Positions 1-13,354 of a DNA stretch of 64,000 nucleotides are shown here, in pieces; position 1 is the first letter of the stretch, and the number at the start of each line of letters is the position of its first letter. Under the pieces are notes generated by a model that worked only from the letters and a program-made list of their open reading frames with translations, ran no database searches and was not told where the DNA came from. Position numbers and translations under genes: made by a program. Location: assembly GCF_006345805.1 (NCBI RefSeq), contig NC_043008.1, forward strand, positions 6,386,001-6,450,000, read 5' to 3'. This DNA is from Octopus sinensis. Lineage: Eukaryota.

Positions 1-121
1 TGGCCCCAGAACTGTTTTTTTAAAAGCATGGTATTTATTCTATCGATATCTTTTGCTGAACTACTAAGTTATGGAGATGTAAACACACCAATTCTTGTTG
101 TCAAGCAGTAATTAGGGACAA

Positions 122-165
<44 letters not shown>

Positions 166-1010
166 GCGACAGGCTTCTTTCAGTTTCTGTCAACCAAATC
201 TACTCACAAGGCTTTGTTTAGCCCAGGGCTATGGTAAAAGACACTTGCCTAAGATACCACAAGAAAAAAAATATTTTAGCAATATCAAAGAAGAACCATC
301 TTTTGAAGAAATTCAAAATAACAGTACCAACTAGCACTGTACACATTCTGGGAAGAACCATCTCCATTTAACTGTAAATTCTAGAATGTCAGGTAATCAA
401 TGTGATTCACCCAAAATGTTTGAGTTTTCCCACTTAATTTAAATTACAGTCATACATCCATCTCTCTACTTATAAATTTTATACATAAAATCATTTAGAA
501 ATCAATATTCTGTATTTTCTGCTTACATTTTGTCTCTTTATTTCTATATTTATACAACTCTTAAACTTCTGATATCACTCATGCACCAAACCATTTTTCT
601 TTCTTTGTTTTCTCAAAAATGCTATTCTTATACTTACTGTTTTATATCATACTTATATGAACTGTCTTGTATCTTTATATATACACCTATGTGTGTGTGT
701 ATGGGCTTGTGTGTGTTTGTGTGAGTGCCTTAGTTTTTAATTTTTCAATCAGTGAAATATCTTTGTTTTTAAAGAGACAACCCTGGCAGTGGAAAGTATT
801 AAATCACTTCTCTTAACCTTAAGTATTTGGGAATGACAGGGCAAGCTACTGTACATGGCAATCACAGAAATAAATAATACTAATGCTAATACTAACAACA
901 ATAATAATGGTTATGATAGTGATAGTTTGATGGCTACAAATGCTTCAGGAGATACAAAAAAAAATGAAGCTTTCACCAAAGAAAGAAATGAAAAAGTAGA
1001 GTATGTAAGT

Positions 1011-1392
1011 GCAACGTGGCTGTGTAGTAAGAAGCTTGCTCCCAACCACATGGTTCTGGGTTCAGTCCCATTGCATGGCTCCTTGGGCAAGTGTCTTCTG
1101 CTATAGCCTTGGGCTGACCAAAGCCTTGTGAGTGGATTTGGTAGACAGAAACTGAAAGAAGCCCATCATATATATGTTTGTATTTATGTGTGTGTCAGTG
1201 TTTGTCCCCCCACCATTGCTCGACAGCTGATATGGGTGTCCTGCAACTTAGTGGTTTGGCAAAAAAGCTGATGGAATAAGTACCAGGCTGACAAAGAATA
1301 AGTGCTGGAGTTGATTAGTTCGACTAAAGGCAGTGCTCCAGCATGGCCACAGTCAAATGACTGAAACAAGTAAAAGAGTGAAAGAGTGAAAG
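1011..1392 (+). mobile_element. tRNA-derived SINE family A
   Basis: Head gtggctgtgtagtaagaagcttg...gggttcagtccc, internal (TA)/(TG) tract, tail atgactgaaacaagtaaaagagt. Confidence 0.85.
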
Positions 1393-1584
1393 AATAAACA
1401 GATGGGAGAGGTAAGAGGCATTATATGAGAAAAAAAGAAATTAATAATCTTAAAGGTATGCACACACGTGATACACACATACATGTCTGTATAGAAATGC
1501 ACACAAATATCATACACACATAAATATTTATAATATTTATTTCTTCTCTAGGCACAAGGCCCGAAATTACAACAGCAACAAGAA

Positions 1585-1637
1585 CAATAATAATAATAAC
1601 AATAATAATAATAATAATAATGATGATGATGATAATA

Positions 1638-1700
<63 letters not shown>

Positions 1701-1899
1701 TAATAATAATAATGATGATAGGCAAGAATATCAGGTATAGAATGAGCAGCTCCTGTCATAAATGAAAGGTAAAGGGAGAAAATGCTGACAAGATTATGGC
1801 ATCAGTTCAAGTATTTGGCTCTGTGTCAGACAAACAAAGCATGTGGTTGTAAGGATTTCCATAGAGAGCAACAATATATATAATTATAATATATATATA

Positions 1900-1940
<41 letters not shown>

Positions 1941-2089
1941 ATATATATATTATATATCTATATATTTATACATATATATATATATATATATATATTTATA
2001 CATATATATATTATATACATATATATATATATAATATATCTATATATTATATACTATATATATATATATACATATATATAATTATATAC

Positions 2090-2120
<31 letters not shown>

Positions 2121-2280
2121 TATATATATATATATTATATATTATCATATATTATCTATATATATATATATATATATATCTATATATATTATTATATACA
2201 TATATATATATATACTATATATATCTATATATATATATATATATATATATATCATATAATATATATATATGCACACATAT
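1585..2280. repeat. (AAT)n and long degenerate (TA)n microsatellites
   Basis: Direct inspection. Confidence 0.95.
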
Positions 2281-3329
2281 ACAGACTTGCAGGCACAGAT
2301 ACACACATATATGCATGAAAATAAATAAAAGTACAATAAAATATAATAATTTAAAGAAAATAAAATATAATTTATGGCCTGGTTAAATCTGGCTACTTCA
2401 CAACCCTAGTTGATTAACTAATTTCCAAACTGTGTTTGAGTGCAACTAAATGCACCAGTAAGCATTCTTTGTGACATTTGCTGTTGAAAAACAACATGAG
2501 AGTATTTTCTTTTAAGCTTGGTATTATGTCTTAATTCTAATTTTACTGGTTAATCTATCTTTTGCATGTTGTTTATATTCTGAATTTAATTGTCTTTGTG
2601 CCATTCTAACTTATTCAGAGATTCAATGGCACCAGAAATGTGTAATTTTGTCTATTAACTTTATCTTTGCTTTCCAAAGAATGCTGGAGCTTAGTTCATT
2701 TTTGTTTTCTACATTTTCTTAGTAATTTTCCAGGGGAGGGATTTTTCTGGTTTAAAGAAATTGTTTCTCATCTATTTTTGCTATTTTCTGCCGATTCTTC
2801 ATTTTTAATGTGTTTTCCCTCTTCTCCTTATGTATTTTCACCACGCTTTTAGAAATTTCATTTGTAATTATTATTTACACTTCGCCAAACGATGAAGGTA
2901 TGTCTCTACAGATTGGTATTCTTAAGGTATGATGCAATTGTTCATTTATTTCTGATATTTACTTTGCTGTCTCAAAAGCTTTTGAAACTAGTTTTTGCCG
3001 TTATTTCTGCTACTGCTTTTCATTGATTTTCTTTTTGTTTATTAATCTTCTCTGTTTTGTCAGGCATTCAACAAAGATGAAGTGTGTTTTACCCCTACAA
3101 ATGTAAGAACTGGTTTTTCTGTCCTGTATAACCTGTATAATTAATCCTGTGCTTTTTAGCTCTGCACCTTTTTTTTGTGCCTTCTATTGAGCACAATATT
3201 GCTCTATGGGAGTCATTAGGACTTGCCAGTCCATTTTGATGATTCCTGACCACTGGTCACTTTTTTGTTTATTGTGCTTTGACCAATCTCCCATACTGTA
3301 AAGCAACAATCACTACTAACTATTCGGTA

Positions 3330-3520
3330 CAACATTTCTTATTACAACTCTTATATTTCATTGACCCCCCCCTGTGTTTCACTGGTAATTAATTTATCAA
3401 TCCCAAAAGAATGAAAGGCAAAGTCAACCTTAGGCAGAATTTGAACTCAGAATGTAAAGATAGTCAAAATACTGCTAAGCATTTTGGCTAGCATGCTAAT
3501 GATCCTACTAGATTACCACC

Positions 3521-3565
<45 letters not shown>

Positions 3566-3568
3566 GAA

Positions 3569-3599
<31 letters not shown>

Positions 3600-5183
3600 A
3601 AGAAGAAGAAGAAGAAGAAGAAGAAGAAGAAGAGAACTCAGAGAGTGCAAACCTCCACCAAGGCAACACCAATGTCCTCTCAACAATAAGCTAGAGGTAA
3701 TTTTTAAAATTAAATTATCTGAAATAAACTCGACTGCTCTCACAAAAGAGAATCCTAAAAATGAACCCAACCACTCACAAAATGTTTAGACAGCAGTAAC
3801 TCAGACAATTTCAGCCTGTGTGTTTGACTGCATTTTCTGTTTTAAAGGTGCAGGCCAGCAGTTTTGGCAAAGGGGCTAAGTTGGTTGCATCGACCTTAGT
3901 GCTCAACTGGTATTTATTTTATCGACCCCAAAAGGATGAAAGGCAAAGTCAACCTCAGCAGGACTGAACTAAAAATACGCAAAAGCATGAAATGCTGCCA
4001 AGCATTTTGCCTGGCATGCTAACGATTCTACCTATTCACCACCTACAGGTAACGTAGATGATCCGAAAACTTTTCCCTTTCCCAAATGAAATATCTTCTC
4101 ATGGAGGGCTTGCTGTCCTAGTTGAGGTAAAAGAAAAATTTAACCCTATCAGGGCTTTTCATAAAAGGGAGGTTAATAACATTTCTCTTTGTCCTCTGCT
4201 GGATTGTCTCCCATGACAAAGAAATGCAGTTGGACCATGCAGAATTCTCTTTTCTATATTCTTTTTTTTTCTAACAATTGTGGTAGATGTAAAAATTCCA
4301 TCTGTTCTCTCATTTGTCTTCACACAATTTCAATGTAAATGGATAGCAATATCTTGAATCGTTTAAGTGTTGTTATTATTAATGTTGTTCTTATTACAAT
4401 TGCTGTCTTCGAAATTACTTTTTTGAAGAACGGGTATGTCTTCTTTTTTCAAGTGTTGACTATACTGTTCATTTTCTTCTTCTTCTTCTTTTTGTACATT
4501 TAATTCTGTATTTTTATTTTGCGCTTTTTTCTTTTATTTAGTTATTGTTGCCATTTTGGATGAGAAAATGCTATGTGTGTAAATAAAATTTCTAAAGTTT
4601 GTGAAAAAAACCTAATTTTTTTATCAATGTTTTCTAAGTCTGGGTATGGAGTAGAGAATTTCCTCAGGCATTCACAGGTATTTTTACAAATACTTCAACG
4701 AAAATTTCATTTGGTAATGTTTGAAATAAAACATGTTTTGATGGGAAAAATCTCAAAGACAACATCACATAATAATCCTTTCTATTAAAGGCACAAGGCC
4801 TGAATTTTTGGAGGAGGGCACTAGTTGATTACATCGACTCAAGTAAACAACTGGTAATTAATTTATCGACCCAGAAAGGACCAAAGGCAATGTTGACCTC
4901 GGTGGAATTTGAACTTAAAATGTAGCGGCAGACAAAATACCTATTTCTTTACTGCCCACAAGGGGCTAAACACAGAGGGGACAAACAAGGACAGACAAAT
5001 GGATTAAGTCGATTATATCGTCCCCAGTGCGTAACTGGTACTTAATTTATCGACTCTGAAATGATGAAGGGCAAAGTCGACCTCGGCGGAATTTGAACTC
5101 AGAACGTAGCGGCAGACGAAATACCGCTAAGCATTTCACCTGGTGTGCTAATGTTTCTGCCAGCTCACCTCTTTCATATCTTC

Positions 5184-5234
<51 letters not shown>

Positions 5235-5480
5235 TACTATTAATAATAATAATCTTTTCTACTATAGGTACAAGGCCTGAAATTTTGTGGGAGGGGCCCA
5301 GTTAATTAGATTGACCCCAGTATGAAACTGGTACTTAATTTATTGACCTCGAAAGGATGAAAAGCAAAGTTGACCTGGGCAAAATTTGAACTTAACATGC
5401 AGCAGCAGACAAAATACCGCAAAGTATTTCACCCGGTGTGCTAATGGTCCTTCCAGCTCACCGCTTTCATATCTTCATAT
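3330..5480 (-). mobile_element. Cluster of about five SINE family B copies with (AAT)n spacers
   Basis: Repeated ggatgaaaggcaaagtcgacctcggcggaatttgaactcagaa...gctaacgattctgccagctc blocks. Confidence 0.8.
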
Positions 5481-5808
5481 AATGATAATAATAATTATTA
5501 TGATAATAGCAATAATAATAATAGATAATGCAATTGATTTCACTGACTCAAGTATCATATAATTAATATAATGATGTTTGCTTTATCAATATTTGTCTTT
5601 AACTTTGGCCTTCCCTCAGAAACAAGAGCACTAAATGAGTTTTCTTCATAGACATCTTTGTAATGTTGCCCCCCGATTCTTTGTACCGAATGAATTAAAT
5701 TTTTGATTTCATATAAACATACTTGATTAGTTTTTCTAGACAATGTGTGATTGTGTTTATGTGTATATGTGTATATGTATATACATATATACATACATAT
5801 ATACATAT

Positions 5809-5860
<52 letters not shown>

Positions 5861-6659
5861 ATATATACATATACATACATACATATGTATAAACAGACAT
5901 ACATACATACATATACATACATACATATATATACATATATATACATACATATATATATATACATATATATATACATACATACATAGATACATATATACAT
6001 ATATACATACATACGTACATACATACACACACACACACACACACGCATATAGTCTGTTTGCAAGTACACTATGTGATGTATAGAACTCACCAAGGATATT
6101 CATTGCCAATTTAGCTTCAGTGGCTTTAATTAAATATATCATTGGTTTGGAAAACCAACAGGTGTTCATGGTCGACAATGTGAAGAAATTAACTTTAATT
6201 AAGCAACATTCAGGTAATATTTAATATCTGTTGGACTGCTTTCATCGTTGTTAAATTAATAAATACTTAATCTTCATTAGACTATTGTCTAAGCTATACA
6301 TATGATATCTAATCACTTCATTTATTAACTTTGTGAGACTAAATTTAAAACTCATTCAAGTTATTTGGAAATACTTTAAATGCATCTGTATTGGCAACAA
6401 ATTTGTGCTTAACATCTGTCTCCTGCTGGAAGTAATTTCAATAAACAAACATTCAGTAAAGATGAATAATTCATTTGAAAATGATAAACAACTGACTTTA
6501 AGAAATATAAGTGTATCTATTTCATTTTGAAGAAGGCAAACTGACAATTACCTGAATACACTACACTGTTTCAGTTCTTGGATGCAATAATTCATCTCAT
6601 TTCCATGGCGACTATGCAGAGTAAAGGCAAATAAACTCTGTTTTTTTCCTACCATAAAC

Positions 6660-6822
6660 AGTGTTTGTGTAGGTTGGCGTTAGGAAGAGCATCCAGCCGT
6701 AGAAACATTGCCAGATCAGACTGGGCCTGGTGCAGCCTTCTGGCTTCGCAGACCCCAGCTGAACCGTCCAACCCATGCTAGCATGGAAAGCGGACGCTAA
6801 ACGTGATGATGATGATGATGAT
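6660..6822 (+). mobile_element. Short RTE-3'-tail copy ending in (GAT)n
   Basis: Matches the 3' end of the RTE at 42361-42520; further copies near 9653, 27480, 30068, 31665, 59670 and 62980. Confidence 0.75.
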
Positions 6823-7202
6823 ATATGTATATATATATGTGAGTGATCATTAGAGTTGCTAAGTCTTGGTAAGTCAATTCTTCAACTTTGTGTTGATTTA
6901 GTATAAAAGCCTTTTCTGTTTATTTACATATCTGCATCACCAAAGCTCTTCAGAGATGGGAACATCATCAGTTTAAAATGTCCTAAAAATCTTTAACTTC
7001 ATCACTATCTACAGAAGTGATAAAAAAAAAAATCACAAGGGAAAATTTCTCCAAAATATAGTTTAGAAAGCAATGTCAAGCAATGAACATATCTTAGTTT
7101 TAACATTAATGTTTTTTATATATATATAAATACATATATGTGTGTGCATGTGTGTGTATAAATGTGGGTGTGTGCATATATATATACATATATGTGTGTT
7201 TG

Positions 7203-7239
<37 letters not shown>

Positions 7240-7247
<8 letters not shown>

Positions 7248-7537
7248 ATATTAGAAGAAATAAGGTACTCAGAAATCTGGATGGTTTTACATTTACAGAT
7301 TTTTATTATGTCACATGTTTTCATACATCATATATTAGTGCTTGCATCTTTGCATCTACACTAGTAGAATCTCATATATATATAATATATATATATATAT
7401 ATGTATGTGTATATTAGAAGAAATAAGGTACTCAGAAATCTGGATGGTTTTACATTTACAGATTTTTATTATGTCACATGTTTTCATACATCATATATTA
7501 GTGCTTGCATCTTTGCATCTACACTAGTAGAATCTCA
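7240..7537. repeat. Perfect 135-bp direct duplication separated by (TA)n
   Basis: 7240-7374 equals 7403-7537. Confidence 0.9.
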
Positions 7538-8101
7538 TATATATATATATATATATTTCACAGATGAGATCCAGAGATTCTCCTCACAGAAAGATGCTTG
7601 GTAGTTCTCAAAAGATTCAAACTTGGACTTTGATGCCTTTACAGGGGATTGATTCCACAAGGTAAAGAAAGGTTATAAGCGGAATCAAGTTGAGTGCATA
7701 TACAGGTAATTATGCAGATAAACAAATTAGGTACACTAATTAGATTAAATATATTAAGTATATTAGTTTGGGAAATATGTATACATGTACACATGCAAAC
7801 TAATATATTTAAAATATTTGAAATATCTAATTTGTTTATTCACTTAATTGGTTTCCTCCCCCTCTCTCTATATATATATATACACATACACTCACACATG
7901 CATGTGCGCGTGCACACACACACACACACACATAGGTGCAGGCATGGCTCTGTGATAAGAAGCTTACCTCTTAACCACATGGTTCTAGGTTCAGTCCCAC
8001 TGCCCGACACCTTGGGCAAGTGTCTTCTACTATAACCCCAGGTCAACCGATTTCTTGTGAATGGATTTAGTAGAAAAATAGAAAGAAGTCCATCAGATAT
8101 A

Positions 8102-8159
<58 letters not shown>

Positions 8160-8312
8160 TATATTTATATACATATATATATACATATATATACGTGTGT
8201 AGAGGTGTCTGTGTGTGTGTGTATATGTGTATGTATATGTGAATGTATGCTTATGTACTGATATGTGTGTCTGTTCATGTTGTATATATGACTGTTACTC
8301 TGTCGAGGGTTG

Positions 8313-8346
<34 letters not shown>

Positions 8347-9652
8347 AAAGAGAGTGAGAAAGATGAAGTAGAACAATGTCAATTTTAAAATTATATTCAT
8401 TCACTTAAACACAATTTCAATTTGTTTTTAGGACTGAAAATAGGATGGTTGGGGTTAGGGTGTTAAAAATCTAAATAATGTCAATAAAACATCCATGAAT
8501 TTCCCTAATAAGATGTTACTGTATTCATGTTAAGTTAATAAATTCTTGTTATCTGATGGTCAAAAATATAAAATAAAATCAGGTGAAATATTAAAAAATG
8601 TAAAAAAAAACTACAGAAGCTTGTTGTGTTAGATACATATCAAATTAAGAAATAATTTTCCTATCCAGTGTCATTGCCAGACATTGGCTAGAACTTCTCC
8701 CTACTAACCAACCCCAAAGCAATTTTTAATGATTTTCAACTCCGTGTTTTGCTGACTTTAACACTATAAACATTATGTTTTACAAAGTCAGCTCTTACAT
8801 CTTGTCCAGTATTGGTTCTATATACAAATCTAATCATTTAAAGAGAGCAAAATAGAGAGACAAACTGACGGTCCGGTTTGTTTGATTTCTTCTCATGATT
8901 GGACAACCTTAGCTCTATTTATTATCTATGTTAGACAAATATATAGATTATTAAGTGTTATTGATGTGGTCTTATTTCCTTAATAATTAGAATAAATCAA
9001 GCTGAATTGATCCCTTTCGTTGGCCTCAATTTCAGCTGGGTTGGTTAAAATAAGCTGTTACTCTATAAATGTAGAAATGAATAAAATATCTTCAACTTGT
9101 TTTGCGTAATTGCCGTTTTGAGTGCCAAGACTTACTAAATTCCTCTTTGTCTATTAAAGTAATTCTTTTTTTCTGGTTAAATCAGTAAAATTTTCCAGTT
9201 GAAATTCAAATTGAATAATTTGATTAATCACTCAATCGCTGCTGCTCTTTGTAAAGTCAAAGTCGATACACATTAGTAATGGTTAATGCAGCTAAGTTAA
9301 TCAAGTGGCACATTCCTCAAAGCAACAGCCGAGATTATCAATTAGCAGATAAATGATATACATTCTAAGAAGACTGTGGCAATGCGAAAACCTCACCTAC
9401 TGATTTATTTAATTTCCTGTTCCAAAAACTCTGTGCAAGTTTTCGTTTACAGAAAGACGGCAAATGTTGTTTGGTTCTTAGTTTTAAGACAGAGATGGTT
9501 GCAGAGAGGATGTTTGAATTGGTTCATCCTGACATTCACATTACCATGATGTGTGTGTGTGTGTGTGTGTGCACGTGTGTGTGTGTGCACATGCATGTGT
9601 GTGTATGTGCATGCACATGTGTGTGTGTGCGTCTTTACTTTCAGAGTTCATC

Positions 9653-9900
9653 ATCATCATCATTAGCATCATCGTTTAACGTCCGCTTTCCATGCTAGCA
9701 TGAGTTGGACGATTTGACTGAGGTCTGGCAAACCAGATGGCTGCACCAGGCTCCAATCTGATCTGGCAGTTTCTACAGCTGGATGCCCCTCCCAATGCCA
9801 ACCACTCCGAGAGTGTAGTGGGTGCTTTTACGTGCCACCAGCATAGGGGCCAGTCAGGCGGTACTGGCAAAGAACTCGCTTGAACCTTTTTACACATGCC
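9653..9900 (-). mobile_element. RTE-3'-tail copy
   Basis: catcatcgtttaacgtccgctttccatgctagcatg... Confidence 0.8.
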
Positions 9901-10034
9901 AAATTCCACTAAAGCTGGCCTTGCCTTTCATCCTCTCAGGGGTTGGTAAATCAACTACCAGTTGAACCCTGGGGTTGATGCAATTGACATACCTCATCCA
10001 ACAAATTTCAGGCCTTGTGTCTATAATAGAAAGG

Positions 10035-10070
<36 letters not shown>

Positions 10071-10101
10071 GAGTGAGTGAGATAGCAGTGCATGCCATCA
10101 A

Positions 10102-10131
10102 AGTTCGATTCCAGGCTGTGACCTGAATAAT

Positions 10132-10181
<50 letters not shown>

Positions 10182-10346
10182 CAACAACAACAACGTCGAA
10201 AAATACCTTAGAAATTAGAACCCAGGTTCAAAATTTCCCCAAGACACCTGAAGAAAGCTGGAGAGTATATCAGCTGAAACGTTGTGTTAACAACAAACAA
10301 GATGAGGACAAATCTCCATCAAATGTAAATAATGTAAATAATGTAT
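10102..10346 (+). mobile_element. H1 short element: partial tRNA-like head, (TAA/CAA)n, hammerhead tail
   Basis: B-box gttcgattcc at 10103, then microsatellite, then the tail shared with 16268, 29401, 32238 and 61815. Confidence 0.75.
10243..10288 (+). ncRNA. Minimal type-I hammerhead ribozyme, intact core (family H1)
   Basis: gacac-CTGAAGA-a-agctg(10-nt loop)cagct-GAAAC-GTT-gtgtt: stem I, core, 5-bp stem II, palindromic AACGTT in place of stem III. Confidence 0.75.
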
Positions 10347-10942
10347 CATTCACTGAGTTAGTGATTAGAGTTTTATCTTGAACAATCATCAACAAACTCC
10401 CCATTTCTCTATTTAAATTTCCAGCCTTGAGCCACTCTTCCATGGTGGGTCATGATCTTTCACGTTCTTGGTGTCTCCTTGGAATTGTCTATGTAAATCC
10501 ACTTCTCCAAGCATTTAATTTCTTTTACTAATTATCTTGATTCGTTATGCTAGCTTCTCTTCAACACAAGCCCAACTTCTGTAGCAGCAGGTTTAAGAAG
10601 TTCTCTTTCAATATTTATAAGGTGGTCATTTCCTGAACTTTGCTCTCCAGTAACATGATCTGAAATGTTAATAAAGCCTCCCCACCCCCACCCCCCAAAT
10701 TCCAACTCTTATACAAACAATTGATATTCACCTTTAGATAAAACACTCCATGTATAATTAGTCTTTCCTCTTGTGAGTTTCTCAGTTATCCATTTCATTA
10801 TTCCAGCTCTATAACACTTGACATCAACTTACCATATGTTCATTGTATTCTTCATCATCATTATTATAGCAAGAATTTTCTTACATCAACATTAACAAAT
10901 GTGTCTTGGAGAACATCATTGAGATTAATAAATTAATATAGA

Positions 10943-11113
10943 GGCGCAGGAGTGGCTGTGTGGTAAGTAGCTTGTCTACCAACCGCAAGGTTCCGGGTTC
11001 AGTCCCATTGCGTGGCACCTTGGGTAAGTGTCTTCTACTATAGCTTCGGGCCGACCATAGCCTTGTGAGTGGATTTGGTAGACGGAAACTGAAAGAAGCC
11101 TGTCGTACATATG

Positions 11114-11146
<33 letters not shown>

Positions 11147-11375
11147 GCATGTGTGTTTGTGTGTCTGTGTTTGTCCCCTAGCATTGCTTGACAACCGATG
11201 CTGGTGTGTTTATGTCCCCGTCACTTAGTGGTTCGGCAAAAAGAGACCGATAGAATAAGTACTGGGCTTACAAAAGAATAAGTCCCGGGGTCGAGTTGCT
11301 CGAGTAAAGGCGGTGCTCCAGCATGGCCGCAGTCAAATGACTGAAACAAGTAAAAGAGTAAAAAGAGTAAAGAGT
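10943..11375 (+). mobile_element. SINE family A, full length
   Basis: High similarity to the other family A copies. Confidence 0.9.
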
Positions 11376-11620
11376 ATAGAAATGTCCAACCATTTTTACA
11401 GAACCCAGTATCACTATTTTCTGTAAATATCTATTCTTGTAGGTTATCTAAAATATCTTTACAGAAGTGATTGTCTACCAGTCCACATGTGCCAATTACA
11501 AATGGGATGATAGATGTAATCCTTAACCATCTTAACATATCTTAAATTCAGCATCTAGGTTAGTGTAATTCTTTAGCTTCTCAACTCACTTATACGAGAC
11601 ATTAGGCTAATTTAGAATTT

Positions 11621-11999
11621 GACAGGGCACTCCGTCGGTTATGACGACGAGGGTTCCAGTTGATCCGATCAATGGAACAGCCTACTCATGAAATTAATGT
11701 GCAAGTGGCTGAGCACTCCACAAACATGTGTACCCTTAACGTAATTCTTGGGGAGATTCAGCATGAGACAGAGTGTAACAAGGCTGGACCTTTGAAATAC
11801 AGGTACAACAGAAATAGGAAGAAAGAGTGAGAGAAAGTTGTGATGAAAGAATACAGCAGGGTTTGCCACCCCCTCCCAGAGTCTCCTGGAGATTTATATG
11901 TTTTTGCTCAATAAGCACTCACAACGCCTGGTCTGGGAATTGAAACCATGATCCTATGACTGTGAATCCGCTGCCCTACCACTGGGCCATTGCGCCTTC
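11621..11999 (-). mobile_element. tRNA-derived SINE family D
   Basis: A-box tggcccagtgg and B-box-like gtttcaattccc head, with a body distinct from family C. Confidence 0.65.
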
Positions 12000-12029
12000 A
12001 CAATTTAGTGCTTATATATTGATTATTGG

Positions 12030-12335
12030 TATGGCATTGAGCTGGTAGAATTGTTTGTGCACCAGTCAAAATGGTCAGCTGCATTTCATCCATCTTTATG
12101 TTCTGAGTTCAAATTCTGCTGAGGTCAACTTTGCCTTTCATTCTTTTGGAGGTGTCAATAAAATAAGTACCAGTTGTGTAGTGGGTGTGAACTAATTGAT
12201 TGGCTCCCTCCCCCCAAAATTTTGAGCCTTGTGCCTAGAGTAGAAAAGAATAAAATAAGTACCAGTTAAACACTGGGGTTAGTGTAATTGACAAAACCTC
12301 TCCTGAAAGATTGCTGGCCTTGTGCCAAAATATGA
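12030..12335 (+). mobile_element. SINE family B, with a partial second tail
   Basis: gagctggtagaa...ttctgagttcaaattc...gcctttcat...aaataagtaccagtt. Confidence 0.75.
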
Positions 12336-13020
12336 AACCAATATAGAGATTATTAGTATATCCTATATGCTAAGTAGGAGTCTAGTTCACATGAGTACAC
12401 TGGTACCACTGAGCTTTCTCCTCTCAAACATTGAAACCAAAAGGCCATCTGGGTGTTAAACAACTTTGCTATGTCATGGTATCTCCAAGTATTCCTGAGA
12501 TCTAATGTTACACTCCTGACGCAGAGTGTTGTATCGTTTAGTTCCATAACATAAATCATATTGGTGTTATCCATCATCTCTTCCATAGAAACTATAGACA
12601 TTATTCTCAATATGTTTAATGGTGAATGCTGTTGTTTCTGCTCCTCCAGTCAGATTGCATTTGTTTATTCAGGCCAAAGTTTAACACTGAACGGTGCATT
12701 GCACTGATAATTGATTTCCTACTTTTTGAAAATAATCCAGTCGACAATGGCTTATGGTAGGTTCTTTTGTCAGTTAAGAAGTTAGTAGAAAGCATTTATC
12801 TCTGTCTTTTTAACCCTTTGGCATTGGTCTATCTAGATTATTCTGTCAAATGTAATGCTTATTTATTCACATGTTTTCAATTAATATCGTACATGTTCTT
12901 GTAGCACTGAGATTTTGATGATGAGATCGTTTATTTTTAGACTGATATTCAGGGGTAAGGGTCAGGCCAGGTTTGGGCCATTGGAATGTAGAACAGGTAG
13001 AATATTTGGGTGGATGCTGA

Positions 13021-13354
13021 GACCCTGCTTCGGTCATGACTGACCACAGGATTGCACCTAGGAAGTTACCCTCTGAGGCACAAGTCCGGGCAAGGTTGTT
13101 TGTGGAAGACCAGCAGTCACCCATGCATACCGGCCTCCCCTCTCCACACCATTGATGTTATCCAAGGGAAAGGTAAAGGGGCCGATACAGCTTGGCACCT
13201 GTGATGTCGCAACTCATATCTACAGCTGAGTGAAATGGAACAACGTGAAATAAAGTGTCTTGCTTAAGAACACAACACGCAGCCCGGTCCGGGATTCGAA
13301 CCCACAACCTCGCAATCGTAAGCTCAACGCTCTAACCACTGAGCCATGTGCCTT
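13021..13354 (-). mobile_element. tRNA-derived SINE family C
   Basis: Head ggcacatggctcagtggttagagc...ggttcgaatcccggacc; related copies at 49380-49700 (+) and 57252-57562 (-). Confidence 0.85.

Noticed and set aside
855-1010. ORF start MAITEINN...KVEY before a SINE
   Set aside because: Low complexity, runs into the SINE head, and no acceptor or homology support.
5555-6178. Long ORFs rich in Y/I/C/V/M/H/T (also at 40333-40704, 44641-45084, 52478-52937 and 61863-62459)
   Set aside because: They are translations of (TA)n, (CA)n and (TATG)n microsatellites, not genes.
10558-10661. Minus-strand reading HVTGEQSSGNDHLINIERELLKPAATEVGLVLKRS* after tttcAG
   Set aside because: Plausible terminal exon, but with no homology or linkage to other exons it was left unsupported.
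12353-12700. 85-aa ORF and protein-like alternative frames
   Set aside because: No recognisable domain and stops in the alternative frame; possibly an old TE relic but not supportable.
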